Under the pieces are notes generated by a model, which was given only the letters and a program-made list of their open reading frames with translations, was not told the DNA's origin and did not search any database. A program made the translations under genes and the position numbers. A stretch of 56,655 bases of DNA, the filler included, from an uncultured bacterium (GTDB lineage Bacteria > Latescibacterota > UBA2968), in assembly GCA_964471275.1 (NCBI GenBank). It is 2 parts of 2 records of this genome, joined end to end, with 100 filler letters (N's around TTAATTAATTAA, not from the genome) between each part and the next. Parts side by side here need not be neighbours in the genome. Positions count along the whole stretch, not along the records: positions 1 to 28,344 come from CAYYGZ010000027.1; 1 more part is not named here. The stretch is one strand, 5' to 3'. Positions 1-9,681 of the stretch are shown here, piece after piece; within the stretch, counting starts at the first letter, position 1; the number at the start of each line of letters is the position of its first letter.

Positions 1-168
1 GACGATCGGGGTGACCGTGACCCGGAGGCCTTACAGTTATCGAACTCCTCAATCCGCGAGAACCGAGAGCCCCTGGACATCGAAATCTACTTGACGCGAC
101 TGGGTGAGAACGTCGAGCACTCGTGGCGGGCAGGGGGCTATCGGTATATCTTCAGTCCACCTGCATAG
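1..168 (+). CDS. 3' end of an unidentified ORF cut by the window edge
   Basis: Frame 1 is open from base 1 to TAG at 166-168 (DDRGD...YRYIFSPPA*); no family recognised. Confidence 0.3.
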   Translation, partial: DDRGDRDPEALQLSNSSIRENREPLDIEIYLTRLGENVEHSWRAGGYRYIFSPPA

Positions 169-287
169 ATACTGACCGGCCGCCGCGAGGAGCATCATAC
201 TTCTGAGATAACCGACACAATGGCGTCGCCGCATGGGCTTGTCTATACACGGTGCATCAACTCGTCATAGCAGAGAGAACCCCAAAT

Positions 288-1016
288 ATGAGCGATGAGA
301 GATTGCTGAGCTTTGACATCGAGATCTCCGATATCTTCGAACTGGGCCAACACGAGGATATGGAGAAGTATGCACCGTTCCATATCTCGGTGGCGGCGAC
401 GGCCCTTCACGATGGGGAAGAACGGGTGTGGTATTCGGAGGAGGAGACCGGCAAACCCGCGCTGAATCTGACGCAGGATCGGGCAGGTGAACTCCTGGCG
501 TATCTTGACGAGATGCAGCGCAAGGGATACGCGGTCTGTGCGTGGAACGGCTTGGGCTTTGACCTGAAATGGATCGGTCACCACGCCGATGACATGGCAC
601 TCGCCGCACGGATAGCTCTGAAGAGTTACGACCCCATGTTCCAGTTCTTCAACCAGCTCGGTTTTCCTGTGGGGTTGGCAAGTGTAGCAGCGGGGATGAA
701 TGTCCCACAAGCAAAGCTTCTGGTGGGCGCCGATGCACCAAAGGAATGGCGCGCGGGACATCACCAGAAGGTCATGGATTACGTGCTTGGTGACTGTCAG
801 ATGACCAATCTTGTCGTCCTGGCGATTCAGGAGCAAAGGCGGGTTCGGTGGACGACACGTGACGGTAGCACCAGGACAGAAACGATGTCGCGACTCAAGC
901 CGGTGGTGGAAGTGATTGGCGATCCCGAACCGGATCAGTCGTGGATGACGCATCCGATACGGAAGTCGAAGTTCTGCGGGTGGGTTACCGAGCAACGGGC
1001 AGGCGGAGAATCGTAG
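288..1016 (+). CDS. RNase H-like / DEDD 3'-5' exonuclease domain protein
   Basis: ExoI-like 'SFDIE', ExoII-like 'WNGLGFD', ExoIII-like 'YVLGD'; ATG 288 preferred over the ORF-track start at 252. Confidence 0.7.
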   Translation: MSDERLLSFDIEISDIFELGQHEDMEKYAPFHISVAATALHDGEERVWYSEEETGKPALNLTQDRAGELLAYLDEMQRKGYAVCAWNGLGFDLKWIGHHADDMALAARIALKSYDPMFQFFNQLGFPVGLASVAAGMNVPQAKLLVGADAPKEWRAGHHQKVMDYVLGDCQMTNLVVLAIQEQRRVRWTTRDGSTRTETMSRLKPVVEVIGDPEPDQSWMTHPIRKSKFCGWVTEQRAGGES

Positions 1017-1295
1017 ACGTAGCTAACGCATCCAGACGGAGGCTCTAGCGGGCGAGCCTACGGAATGCGGGAAGGCTGGCAGGTGCGGTGGGCTTGCGGA
1101 AGAGGCCACGGAGAGAACGCAAATGCTGTTGCTGACACCCCCTCCCGAGCGGTATGCGGCGCTGATAGGCGTATCGTCGATCGATCTCGAGGTGATTCGT
1201 AAGGGAATGTGAGCGCCGGTCATCCGTCCGGCGTCACCGGTGGACGCGACACGTTCAGCCGCGGCCACCGGGACATTCGATCATCCCTCACGAAC

Positions 1296-2624
1296 CTATA
1301 GTCCGATTTTCTTGAACTGCGGCAGGTGGTTCTGATTCTTCCTGAACATCTCCTGGACCATCTTCTTGATTTCGGCAAGAGATAGCTTGGCCGCGGTCAG
1401 CGGGTCGTGCGAAATCGCCTGGTAGATGAGCCGCGGGTCGCCTGTGAGACATCCCTCCACTACCATCATTTCGATCTGTGCGCTCAGACTCGTTAGCATC
1501 GCGCACTGGGGCGGCAGCGTTCCGACGCGAACCGGATTCAGACGATTTCGCGTCGCGACGACCGGGACCTCAACGCAAGCGCCTTGTGGCAGATTGTCGA
1601 TTAACGCGTCGTTCGTCACGTTGCCGTGGAACTTGTAAGGTTCGCCTCCCAGCCACGCACTGGCGATCGACGCCGCATATTCGTGTCCCCGTTTGAGTGG
1701 GATGGCATTCTCGTCTGCCAGCCATTTCTTCACGTCGGCCTGCCAGCTCTTCTCGCGATTCTGATACCGCTTGAGAATGTATGCGTAGTGCCCGGGATTC
1801 CATCCCGTCCCGTCGCTGCAGTACTTCCGAATCAGATCGGGACGCTTCCTGAACCACCAGTTGTACTCCGAATTGTGTCCGGATGACTCGGTCACATAGT
1901 AGTCCAGGGCGAGGAACATCTCGTTGCGTACCAACTCGTGGTTGTAGACCTTCTTGTTCGTCGCTACGAGCTTGCGCAGCCGTGGATAGAGGTCCCGGCC
2001 ATTTCGTTCGAATTTCGTGAACCAGGCCATATGGTTGATTCCGGCGCACTCGTAGTCGATGCTCTCCGGTTTGTGACCGAGCCAGCGGGCCATCATCGCG
2101 GATGTCCCCTGAACGCTGTGACACAATCCGGTCAGCGCAACCGATGTCTCCCGCTGCATGGCGTGACAGAGCATGGCCATTGGATTCGTGTAGTTCAGCA
2201 TGATCGCGTTGGGACACAACTCCTCCATGTCTCGCGCGATATCAACCATCGTCGGGATGGTACGCAGTGCTCTGAAAATGCCGCTCGGACCGCGTGTGTC
2301 ACCGACGTTTGTGTCGATTCCATACTTTTTGGGTATCAGAATGTCGTGCTGCCACACACGTGTGCTGCCGCAGAGAATCGTCACCATCACCGCGTCGGCC
2401 CCTTTTAGGGCCTCTCGACGATCCGTCGTTGCAGTCACCGTGGCCGGATAGTTTCCCTGTTTAACGATCTTTTCACAGGCCCTTCGTGCGAAGCTCAGAC
2501 GCGGCTTGTTGATATCGACAAGGGCGATCTCCGATTTCTCGAGGAGGGGGAAAGTCAGCAGATCCCGCACGAGCCCGCGGGTGAAACCGAAACTGCCGGC
2601 TCCGATGAATACGATTTTTGGCAC
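1296..2624 (-). CDS. melA: Family 4 glycoside hydrolase (NAD+/Mn2+-dependent alpha-galactosidase, MelA-like)
   Basis: N-terminal KIVFIGAGS Rossmann motif, [34 protein letters not shown] upstream. Confidence 0.85.
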   Translation of the reverse strand: MPKIVFIGAGSFGFTRGLVRDLLTFPLLEKSEIALVDINKPRLSFARRACEKIVKQGNYPATVTATTDRREALKGADAVMVTILCGSTRVWQHDILIPKKYGIDTNVGDTRGPSGIFRALRTIPTMVDIARDMEELCPNAIMLNYTNPMAMLCHAMQRETSVALTGLCHSVQGTSAMMARWLGHKPESIDYECAGINHMAWFTKFERNGRDLYPRLRKLVATNKKVYNHELVRNEMFLALDYYVTESSGHNSEYNWWFRKRPDLIRKYCSDGTGWNPGHYAYILKRYQNREKSWQADVKKWLADENAIPLKRGHEYAASIASAWLGGEPYKFHGNVTNDALIDNLPQGACVEVPVVATRNRLNPVRVGTLPPQCAMLTSLSAQIEMMVVEGCLTGDPRLIYQAISHDPLTAAKLSLAEIKKMVQEMFRKNQNHLPQFKKIGL

Positions 2625-2955
2625 ATCATCCTCCCTCTTGTGGTGTTCGTCACCTGGGTAGTCAAACTGTTCCGTAGACAGGAAGAGAAGAAGAGGTGCT
2701 TACGGTTCCTGGCAAGGGAATACGGATCAGACTGTGTTGAGAGTTCGAACCTGTCCAAACGTGTGGTAGGTGGTCGCTTGATCGAGCAGGAGCCGGGGGG
2801 AGAGTTCTCGTTCTCAGTCATTAGGGTACCATCATGCGGTTCCCTCGGATTCTGCTCTGGGAAAGTTACCGTCTGACAGGACAAGAGAAAGCGATGCCTA
2901 TCAGATCGAGGATAGATCCCGCCGGGTCTGAACGGAAATGTCGAAGTCGGTGTGT

Positions 2956-2997
2956 ATTCGGTATTGGATATTCGGCGTTCGGCATTCGGAGTTGCTC
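2956..2997. repeat. Degenerate heptamer tandem repeat
   Basis: attcggt attggat attcggc gttcggc attcgga gttgctc. Confidence 0.6.
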
Positions 2998-3394
2998 TTG
3001 ATTCCAGAGAATGCCTCATCTTCCAGATCGATTGGGTTTCTTACACACGTTAGCGTCGTGTAGCATAGGGGCCGATCCTGAAGAGTCGGGCAGGTTGACA
3101 ACGTTATGACGGACCGATATTTGGCCTGGGTTATTCACTGAACACGAAGATCGAGGCTGTCTGGCTACTGTATCTCACCGCGCGAGCAGGAATAGACGAA
3201 GCGGGGCAACGCTCCCCTCGTTCCCGTGCTCTCGCACCGGACGCTGCAGGGATGCTGTCCGTGTATAATCCATGCTAGTGTGTGGGTGCGTAGAGTTCCT
3301 ACATTGATCAGGCTAGTGCTGGCCCATCAAATCATGCAAAAGCTCTGCCTCGTGTATCCACATCTATCAACTGCGTATCGGGATTCGGAGAATA

Positions 3395-4300
3395 TTGGAA
3401 ATGACAATGAAACTTGCTCGTGGTATCTGGCCGGCCCTATGCACCGGTTTCGACGATTCAACTGAACGGGTGGACACTGATCGTGTACGGGCACTGCTGC
3501 GCACTCTGATCGATGCTGGTTCGAACGGTTTCTTTGTCTGTGGTGGTACGGGTGAAGGACGCTTTATGAACGTTCCCGAACGCAAGAGTGTGGCAGAGGC
3601 TGCCGCCAGCGAGGTCGCCGGGACTGTACCCATCATCCTGCAGGTGGGTGGTGCCAGCACCGAGGATGCCATCGAGCTGGCACGGCATGCGGCGAATATC
3701 CAAGGTATCGACGCCGTCGCATCGGTTGCTCCCGTCGACCGTCCCAATGATCTGGACGCAGCAGTCGAGCACTATGCGGCCATCGGTGCGACCACGGAGT
3801 TCCCATTCTACGTTTACTGGCTGATGGGCGAGGCCGACAAGCGCGTCACGGCCGACGGATTTCTGAGAGCGATGGGCACGGTTCCGAATTTTGCGGGTGT
3901 CAAATTTACTGATCACAATCTTTATATTTTCGGTCAGCTCATCGATCGCTCGGGCGGGGCCATCAATGCCATTAGCGGTCCTGATGAAATGGCCCTGCCG
4001 GCCATGGTGATGGGTGCTGAAGCGGCGATCGGTACGACCTACAACATTATGCCGAAGTTGTATCTGCGGATGCGCGCCGCCTTCAATGACGGTCGTCTCG
4101 AGGAAGCAATGGACTGCCAGCGCTGCGCCAACCGCGTCATCCGTATCCTTATGGAGCACGGGGTCCTGGCGAGCGTGAAGGCGATGCTCGGTTGGCGGGG
4201 TACGCCTGTCGGTCCGCCCCGTCAGGCCGCACCCCTGAGCGCCGCCACGGAGAAGGCGCTGCGCGCTGACATCGATGCCCTCGAATTCGAGGTTGCGTGA
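3395..4300 (+). CDS. DHDPS / N-acetylneuraminate lyase family class I aldolase
   Basis: GGTGE motif, Schiff-base Lys in GVKFT, AIGTTYN; exact start (3395, 3401 or 3407) uncertain. Confidence 0.85.
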   Translation: MEMTMKLARGIWPALCTGFDDSTERVDTDRVRALLRTLIDAGSNGFFVCGGTGEGRFMNVPERKSVAEAAASEVAGTVPIILQVGGASTEDAIELARHAANIQGIDAVASVAPVDRPNDLDAAVEHYAAIGATTEFPFYVYWLMGEADKRVTADGFLRAMGTVPNFAGVKFTDHNLYIFGQLIDRSGGAINAISGPDEMALPAMVMGAEAAIGTTYNIMPKLYLRMRAAFNDGRLEEAMDCQRCANRVIRILMEHGVLASVKAMLGWRGTPVGPPRQAAPLSAATEKALRADIDALEFEVA

Positions 4301-4401
4301 CCGATGACTGTCAAGGCCGCAAATTTTCCCCAATTCACCATACCTGGGGAGCAACGATCCCTCTCTCGCCCGCTGCTTTACATACAGGAGGAGATTGAAA
4401 C

Positions 4402-4600
4402 TTGAGCGAGGACCGGTAAGACTTCTGCGTGGGCGCAACACGATGTGATCACAAGGCGTCTTATGAGGAGATCTATGAGACGCGTTGTCGAGTCGTGGAT
4501 CTGTTGACGCGGACACGTGAGAAGCTGAAGAAGGCGCGGAAGATCGTGATGAAGACTAACATGGAATTTGCGCCAGACCGCATCCGACGATCAGTGGTCA
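4402..4600 (+). pseudogene. Decayed gene remnant, possibly the N-terminus of a DUF362-like protein
   Basis: SD AGGAGG then TTG, early in-frame TAA, then ...CDHKASYEEIYE...EKLKKARKIVMKTN; family resemblance is from memory only. Confidence 0.3.
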
Positions 4601-4776
4601 TGAAGCGGGCATTGACACGCGGAGCACGCAGTAGGGTCACAGACGAGAAATCCCTCGTTTGCGGCCCTTTTTTTGCGGATAACGACGGTCTTGATCCTGA
4701 GGCGACCAACGCTGCGACTCCCGCTCTCGCTTACCCTGAAGCCTTGGCACGCAAGACGGTGTCTCTGCGAGTCACC

Positions 4777-6567
4777 CTATTCGAAACGTCGTTGGATCTC
4801 TTGATGGTATTGGATGGTCAGGCTCTGGTGGGTGAGGACGCCGACGAGCTTCATGTTTTCCTCGGTGTCCACGACGGGAAGCGTTGAAACATCGCCCTCT
4901 GCGAATAGTCCCAGGGCTTCCAGGAGCGGGGCGTCCATTTCGATGTAAGGCGGGTCGGGTTGCATCATGTCGTCTGCGATCAGGAGCGAGTAAAGATCAT
5001 CCTGCATGACGACGGGACGGATTTCGGCAAGGGAGATGATCCCCTGGAGAATGTTCTCCTCGTCAACAACCGGGAAGTCGACGAGGTTGCTGTTCTGGAA
5101 GATCGCGGAGATCTCCCAGAGAGGTGTCTGCTTGTTCACAAAATCATAGCTGTGGGACATGGCATCTTTTACGCGCAGGGACTCGAGCACACTGAGATCA
5201 AACCCCTGAGATACCCGGATGCCCCTGCGTGCGAGTTTCAACGTGTAGATTGATTCGCGCTCCAGATAGCGTGCAAAGAGCGAACTGATCACAGTAGCCA
5301 GGATCAGCGGTAAGATGATCTGGTAGTCATCCGTGAGTTCGAACAGGATCAACATGGCCGTGAGGGGTGCGTGGGTAATCCCGGCAACCAGGGCACCCAT
5401 ACAGACAAGAGCGTAGGCGCCTGGGGGTGAGGCGATCCCGGGGAAGAGCGCCTGCACAAGGTAGCCGAAGGCTCCTCCCAACGCGGCACCGATGAACAGC
5501 GACGGCGCGAAGATCCCACCGGACCCACCCGACGCCAGCGTTGTGGAGGCAGCAAGGACCTTTACGAAGATCAGGATCAGGAGGAGAGAAAAATCCAGTT
5601 GATTCAGCAGGATGTTCGTGATCGTGGTGTAGCCAACGCCGAGGATCTGTGGGAAGTAGAGCCCGATGCTTCCGACGACAAGTCCTCCCAGTGCTGCTCT
5701 CAGGTAGACGGACTGTGGGAGTTTATCGAAGAGATCCTCGATGATATAGAGGAACCGCATGAAGACGACGGCGACGAAGCCGCTGAGCAGGGCAAGGGCA
5801 AAGTAAAAGAAGAGCTCGTATAGACTGCTGAGCTGGTATTCGGGTATGATGAACGCTCGTACATCTGCAGATGCATACCGGGTGACGGCATTGGCCATGA
5901 CCGATGAAAAGAGGATCGGGCTGAACGTCGAGATGCTGAAGTCGCCGAGGATGACCTCAAGAGCGAAGAAGCCTCCCGCAATCGGTGCATTGAATGCTGC
6001 CGAAATCCCGGCTGCCGCTCCGCAACCGACGAGGACTTTGAGGCGTTCGCCCGTGAAGCCGAGGAGTTGACCGATCGAAGAGCCAATGGATGAGCCGATC
6101 TGGACGATCGGACCTTCTCGTCCGACCGATCCCCCGGAACCGATGCAGAGCGCTGATGCAAGAATCTTGACGAATGCGACTCGAGACCGGATTACGCCAT
6201 TTTCGGTAGCAACCGCAGCCATGACTTCCGGGATTCCGGCTCCCTTGACCTCGCGCGCAACGCTGTTGATGAGTGCGGCGACCGCAATGAATGCGATGGC
6301 CATCAAGGCAGGAAGGTGGTAGAGTGATCCGAGAAGGGCCGGGGCGTCTACGAGGAAGAGCTGGCTGAAGTAACCGATCAGCCATTTGAACACCAGGGAT
6401 CCTACCCCACAGAGGATTCCAATGATCAGCGACAGGATGATCAGGAACGGTGTGCCTGTGATCCCGATTCCTGCGAGGTCGCGAATCAGCCGTCTGCGAG
6501 CGTTCCGCAGACGGGTCTGAGGTCGCTCCTCCAGATGTCCGTTGTCGCTTGAATCGATCACCGACAT
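4777..6567 (-). CDS. ClC chloride channel / Cl-:H+ antiporter family protein with C-terminal CBS pair
   Basis: GAGIP, GREGP, GIFAP, AAFNAPIAG motifs, many TM helices, two CBS domains; start 6567 or 6630. Confidence 0.92.
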   Translation of the reverse strand: MSVIDSSDNGHLEERPQTRLRNARRRLIRDLAGIGITGTPFLIILSLIIGILCGVGSLVFKWLIGYFSQLFLVDAPALLGSLYHLPALMAIAFIAVAALINSVAREVKGAGIPEVMAAVATENGVIRSRVAFVKILASALCIGSGGSVGREGPIVQIGSSIGSSIGQLLGFTGERLKVLVGCGAAAGISAAFNAPIAGGFFALEVILGDFSISTFSPILFSSVMANAVTRYASADVRAFIIPEYQLSSLYELFFYFALALLSGFVAVVFMRFLYIIEDLFDKLPQSVYLRAALGGLVVGSIGLYFPQILGVGYTTITNILLNQLDFSLLLILIFVKVLAASTTLASGGSGGIFAPSLFIGAALGGAFGYLVQALFPGIASPPGAYALVCMGALVAGITHAPLTAMLILFELTDDYQIILPLILATVISSLFARYLERESIYTLKLARRGIRVSQGFDLSVLESLRVKDAMSHSYDFVNKQTPLWEISAIFQNSNLVDFPVVDEENILQGIISLAEIRPVVMQDDLYSLLIADDMMQPDPPYIEMDAPLLEALGLFAEGDVSTLPVVDTEENMKLVGVLTHQSLTIQYHQEIQRRFE

Positions 6568-6836
6568 GAGAGTCCGGATCTGTTTTGGTGGCGCAAGATG
6601 ATGCAGGATTTGATCTGCGGAATATATCATCCGGGGATTTCGAAGTCAGAATAATCGCGGTACCGACCTGACGGATACTGCGTGTATTGCGGGCGTATTG
6701 CTGGATATATCTGGTTCCGATTCGTGTAGACTGCACCTGCTTCCCTTCGCTCGGTCGAGTGGGTAACGCGACCACCCGGACCGCGCCAGGATGGGGTCCC
6801 CGAGTATACGAGGAGGAGACGAGAATTACCGACGGA

Positions 6837-6908
6837 TGTGTGGTCGATCACACCGTTCGCTGTTTCCGGCCAAACCGCTTGACGATCGGGTGTTCTCCGG
6901 AGTAGGGT
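6837..6908 (+). promoter_or_regulatory. Putative CRP/FNR-family site plus sigma70 promoter for ompW
   Basis: TGTGT-N6-TCACA at 6837-6852; TTGACG-N18-TAGGGT at 6879-6908. Confidence 0.35.
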
Positions 6909-6969
6909 TTAAGGGTTGCACGGCAACACGTTCCGTGCAGCACAAACACCCTTGGGAGGGAGACCTGTG

Positions 6970-7620
6970 ATGAGGACTAAAGCGTTGGATAAAGCGTCTG
7001 CTTGGATGTGTCTGGTCGGTCTGGTAGCTGTTCTGGCTGTACCGGCGGTAGTCCAGGCTCAAGAGGACAACCCGTGGTTGGTGAGGCTGCGTGCACTGGC
7101 GGTCGTTCCTGATGAAAGCAGCACCATCTCCTCGATTGGCGGTCGTGTGACGGTCGGGAACTCCTATGTGCCCGAGCTGGATATCAGTTACTTCTTCAAC
7201 AAGAATATTGACGCCGAGATCATCGTTGGCGTTTCCAGGCAGATCATTGGTGCGGTAGGCACATCGGCAGGCTTTCTGGATCTCGGAACCGTCTGGTTGC
7301 TGCCTCCCACGCTCAACCTTCAGTACCATCTCGCGCCAGGTCAGGTTGCCCGACCCTACATCGGCGTTGGGGGCAATGCCACCCTGTTTCTTAATGTCGA
7401 TCCAGGGGCAGTAACCAACATCAGCTACGACACAGGTTTCGGTCTCTCTCTGCAGGGCGGCATTGACATCGGAAAAAGTGAGGAATGGGGTCTGAACATT
7501 GACGTCAAGAAGATATTTCTGAGCACAACGGCGGCCGTCGCTGCTCTTGGCACGAACGTTACGGCTGATGTGGATCTACACCCCTACATCATCGGGGTCG
7601 GTGTAGCTCGCAAATTCTGA
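6970..7620 (+). CDS. ompW: OmpW family outer-membrane beta-barrel
   Basis: Signal peptide ending AVVQA, WLVRLR, PELDISYFF, LLPPTLNLQYH, RPYIGVG, C-terminal Phe. Confidence 0.9.
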   Translation: MRTKALDKASAWMCLVGLVAVLAVPAVVQAQEDNPWLVRLRALAVVPDESSTISSIGGRVTVGNSYVPELDISYFFNKNIDAEIIVGVSRQIIGAVGTSAGFLDLGTVWLLPPTLNLQYHLAPGQVARPYIGVGGNATLFLNVDPGAVTNISYDTGFGLSLQGGIDIGKSEEWGLNIDVKKIFLSTTAAVAALGTNVTADVDLHPYIIGVGVARKF

Positions 7621-7655
7621 GAACCATCCAGATGGTTCACCTTCTGATCTAGTCT

Positions 7656-7695
7656 ACAGGCGGGCAGAGATGGTTTCTGTCCGCCTGTCTGTTTC
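7656..7695 (+). terminator. Probable intrinsic terminator after ompW
   Basis: ACAGGCGGGCAGA / TCTGTCCGCCTGT stem followed by CTGTTT. Confidence 0.6.
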
Positions 7696-7836
7696 CAAGG
7701 TGTTCAGGCCAGAGCGCGAAAAATCGGACCACGAAATACACGACACCACGAGAGAGTCTGGGAGCAAATGGACGTGGTTCGGAAATCCAACTCACAAGGG
7801 TGATACCTTATCAACCTATCGCTATTCAGTCAGAGC

Positions 7837-8631
7837 TTGTTCGCACTGAACCTTGATGACACCATCACGGCAACGGCTGAGATGGGGTTTCCTGCTATCG
7901 AACTGGCGTGTACGACGCCTCACTTCAGTCTGACACTCGCAGAGGAGGCTCCGGGAGAGGTGGCAAGCCGTATCCGCGACTCGGGGTTGGCTGTTTCGGC
8001 CTTCTCGCTCTTTACGGATCTTACGCATCCTGAAAGCCTCGATGCTGAAGTCGCGTCGGCGGAAACGTATATTCACCTGGCATCGACCTTTGACACGGAT
8101 CTGATCAAGATTACGCCAGGATCGCCATCTTCACTTGAGGCCGGTGAAGGTCACTGGAGATCACTGCAGGAAGGTTTGGGGAGGCTGGCAGAGGTGGCTG
8201 GCGAGGTGGGAGTCCGGCTGGCAGTGGAGACTCACATGCGGCAGCTCACCGATACACTGGCTTCGTGCCAGCGATTACTGGAAATCGCTTCCGACGTCAC
8301 GATAGGGTTGACGTTGGATGTGTCAAACCTGTCCTTTGCGGGTGAACGGATGTCCGAGGTGATCCCCTTGCTGGGGTCTCGAATCTACCATACCCACATC
8401 AAGAACGGTTTGATCGACGAGGGGGAAAACTGGCGATTCCTCGCCCTCGATCAAGGGCTAACCGACTATGCGGAGGTCCTGCCCCTGCTCCGTGATTCTG
8501 GCTTCGACGGATATCTTTCACTCGAATGCCTGAGCGATGATACACGTCGAAACCCCGTTCCGACAGTGACCAGAGATCTGGATCTTCTGCGCTGCTACCT
8601 TCACAGCATAGACTGGGAGCCATCCCGATGA
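7837..8631 (+). CDS. Sugar phosphate isomerase/epimerase (xylose isomerase-like TIM barrel)
   Basis: LAVETH, TLDVSN, HTHIKN, YLSLE metal-ligand pattern; true start may lie at 7810. Confidence 0.8.
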   Translation: MFALNLDDTITATAEMGFPAIELACTTPHFSLTLAEEAPGEVASRIRDSGLAVSAFSLFTDLTHPESLDAEVASAETYIHLASTFDTDLIKITPGSPSSLEAGEGHWRSLQEGLGRLAEVAGEVGVRLAVETHMRQLTDTLASCQRLLEIASDVTIGLTLDVSNLSFAGERMSEVIPLLGSRIYHTHIKNGLIDEGENWRFLALDQGLTDYAEVLPLLRDSGFDGYLSLECLSDDTRRNPVPTVTRDLDLLRCYLHSIDWEPSR

Positions 8632-9599
8632 ACGCTTCAGCTCTTCTGCAAGGCGTACCGAAACCCGTGTCTCAACTCGCCATGGGGACAGCACACTTCA
8701 GCTCAGACAACGGAGACCTGTGGCTCGAGTTGCTGGATGGCTTCCGTGACGGGGGAGGCACAGTTATCGACACCGCTCGCCTCTACGGGGACAGCGAGGA
8801 CATCATCGGGCGATGGTTGAGTTCGCGAGGCAGTCGTGACGGAATGGTCGTCTGCACAAAGGGAGGTCACGGCGATAACCTTCTGCCGGCAGAAGGGATG
8901 GAGGACACGCTCGAGAAGGAATTGCTGGAAAGTCTGGAGCATCTGCAGACGAGCCATATCGATATGTACTGGCTTCACCGTGACAATCAGGAAATCCCGG
9001 TGGCTCGCATCCTCGACTGTCTCAACACGTTTTGCGCCAGAGGACTGATCGGTGCATTCGGGGGCTCGAATTGGCGCTACTCACGTGTCAGGGCTGCCAA
9101 CAGCTACGCCGAGGAGAACGGCTTAACAGGATTTGCCGGCGTGAGCAACAACCTCAGTCTGGCTGCCCAGACCGAGCCTTTCTACCCCGGTTTGCTGTCC
9201 TGCGGCGTAGATGGTGTTCAGTGGCACATCGATTCCGGCCTCCCTCTCTTTTCCTGGTCGTCGCAGGCCAGAGGGTTCTTCGTCGAAGGGATCGGGAGCA
9301 ATCTGCGAAATCTTTCGGCGCAGACTACTGACGGGCATCTCCGGCGAATGGCCGAGGTCTACGGTACGGAGGATAACTTCGAACGTTTACGGCGGGCAGA
9401 GTCGCTTGGTAAGGACAAGGGGCGCACGGCTGTTCAGATCGCGCTCTCCTGGCTGATCCATCACCCGGCCAATGTCGTCCCCATCGTGGGGCCCAGAGAT
9501 GCCTCTGAGTTGGACTCCTGTCTCGATGCGCTGTCGATCTCGCTTACTGAAGCGGAGTGTAAATGGCTCGATCTGGAAGCCGATTCCGCGAACGGCTGA
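8628..9599 (+). CDS. Aldo/keto reductase
   Basis: IDTARLYG, CTKGG, IDMYWLHRD, FGGSNW, PIVGP; ATGA overlap with the upstream gene. Confidence 0.9.
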   Translation: MNASALLQGVPKPVSQLAMGTAHFSSDNGDLWLELLDGFRDGGGTVIDTARLYGDSEDIIGRWLSSRGSRDGMVVCTKGGHGDNLLPAEGMEDTLEKELLESLEHLQTSHIDMYWLHRDNQEIPVARILDCLNTFCARGLIGAFGGSNWRYSRVRAANSYAEENGLTGFAGVSNNLSLAAQTEPFYPGLLSCGVDGVQWHIDSGLPLFSWSSQARGFFVEGIGSNLRNLSAQTTDGHLRRMAEVYGTEDNFERLRRAESLGKDKGRTAVQIALSWLIHHPANVVPIVGPRDASELDSCLDALSISLTEAECKWLDLEADSANG

Positions 9600-9681
9600 G
9601 ACGCCGTCTTGTGCCCCCAGGCGGTGATCGGTCGCCCAATCGTGCCTCTCGCCTGGTCAGGCTTGCCGGCACGCAGGTGTG

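Noticed and set aside
3458..4516. Long antisense ORFs in the track (for example 3458-4516, 243-995, 44087-44917, 49194-49997)
   Set aside because: They are shadows of well-supported genes on the opposite strand in GC-rich DNA and show no family motifs
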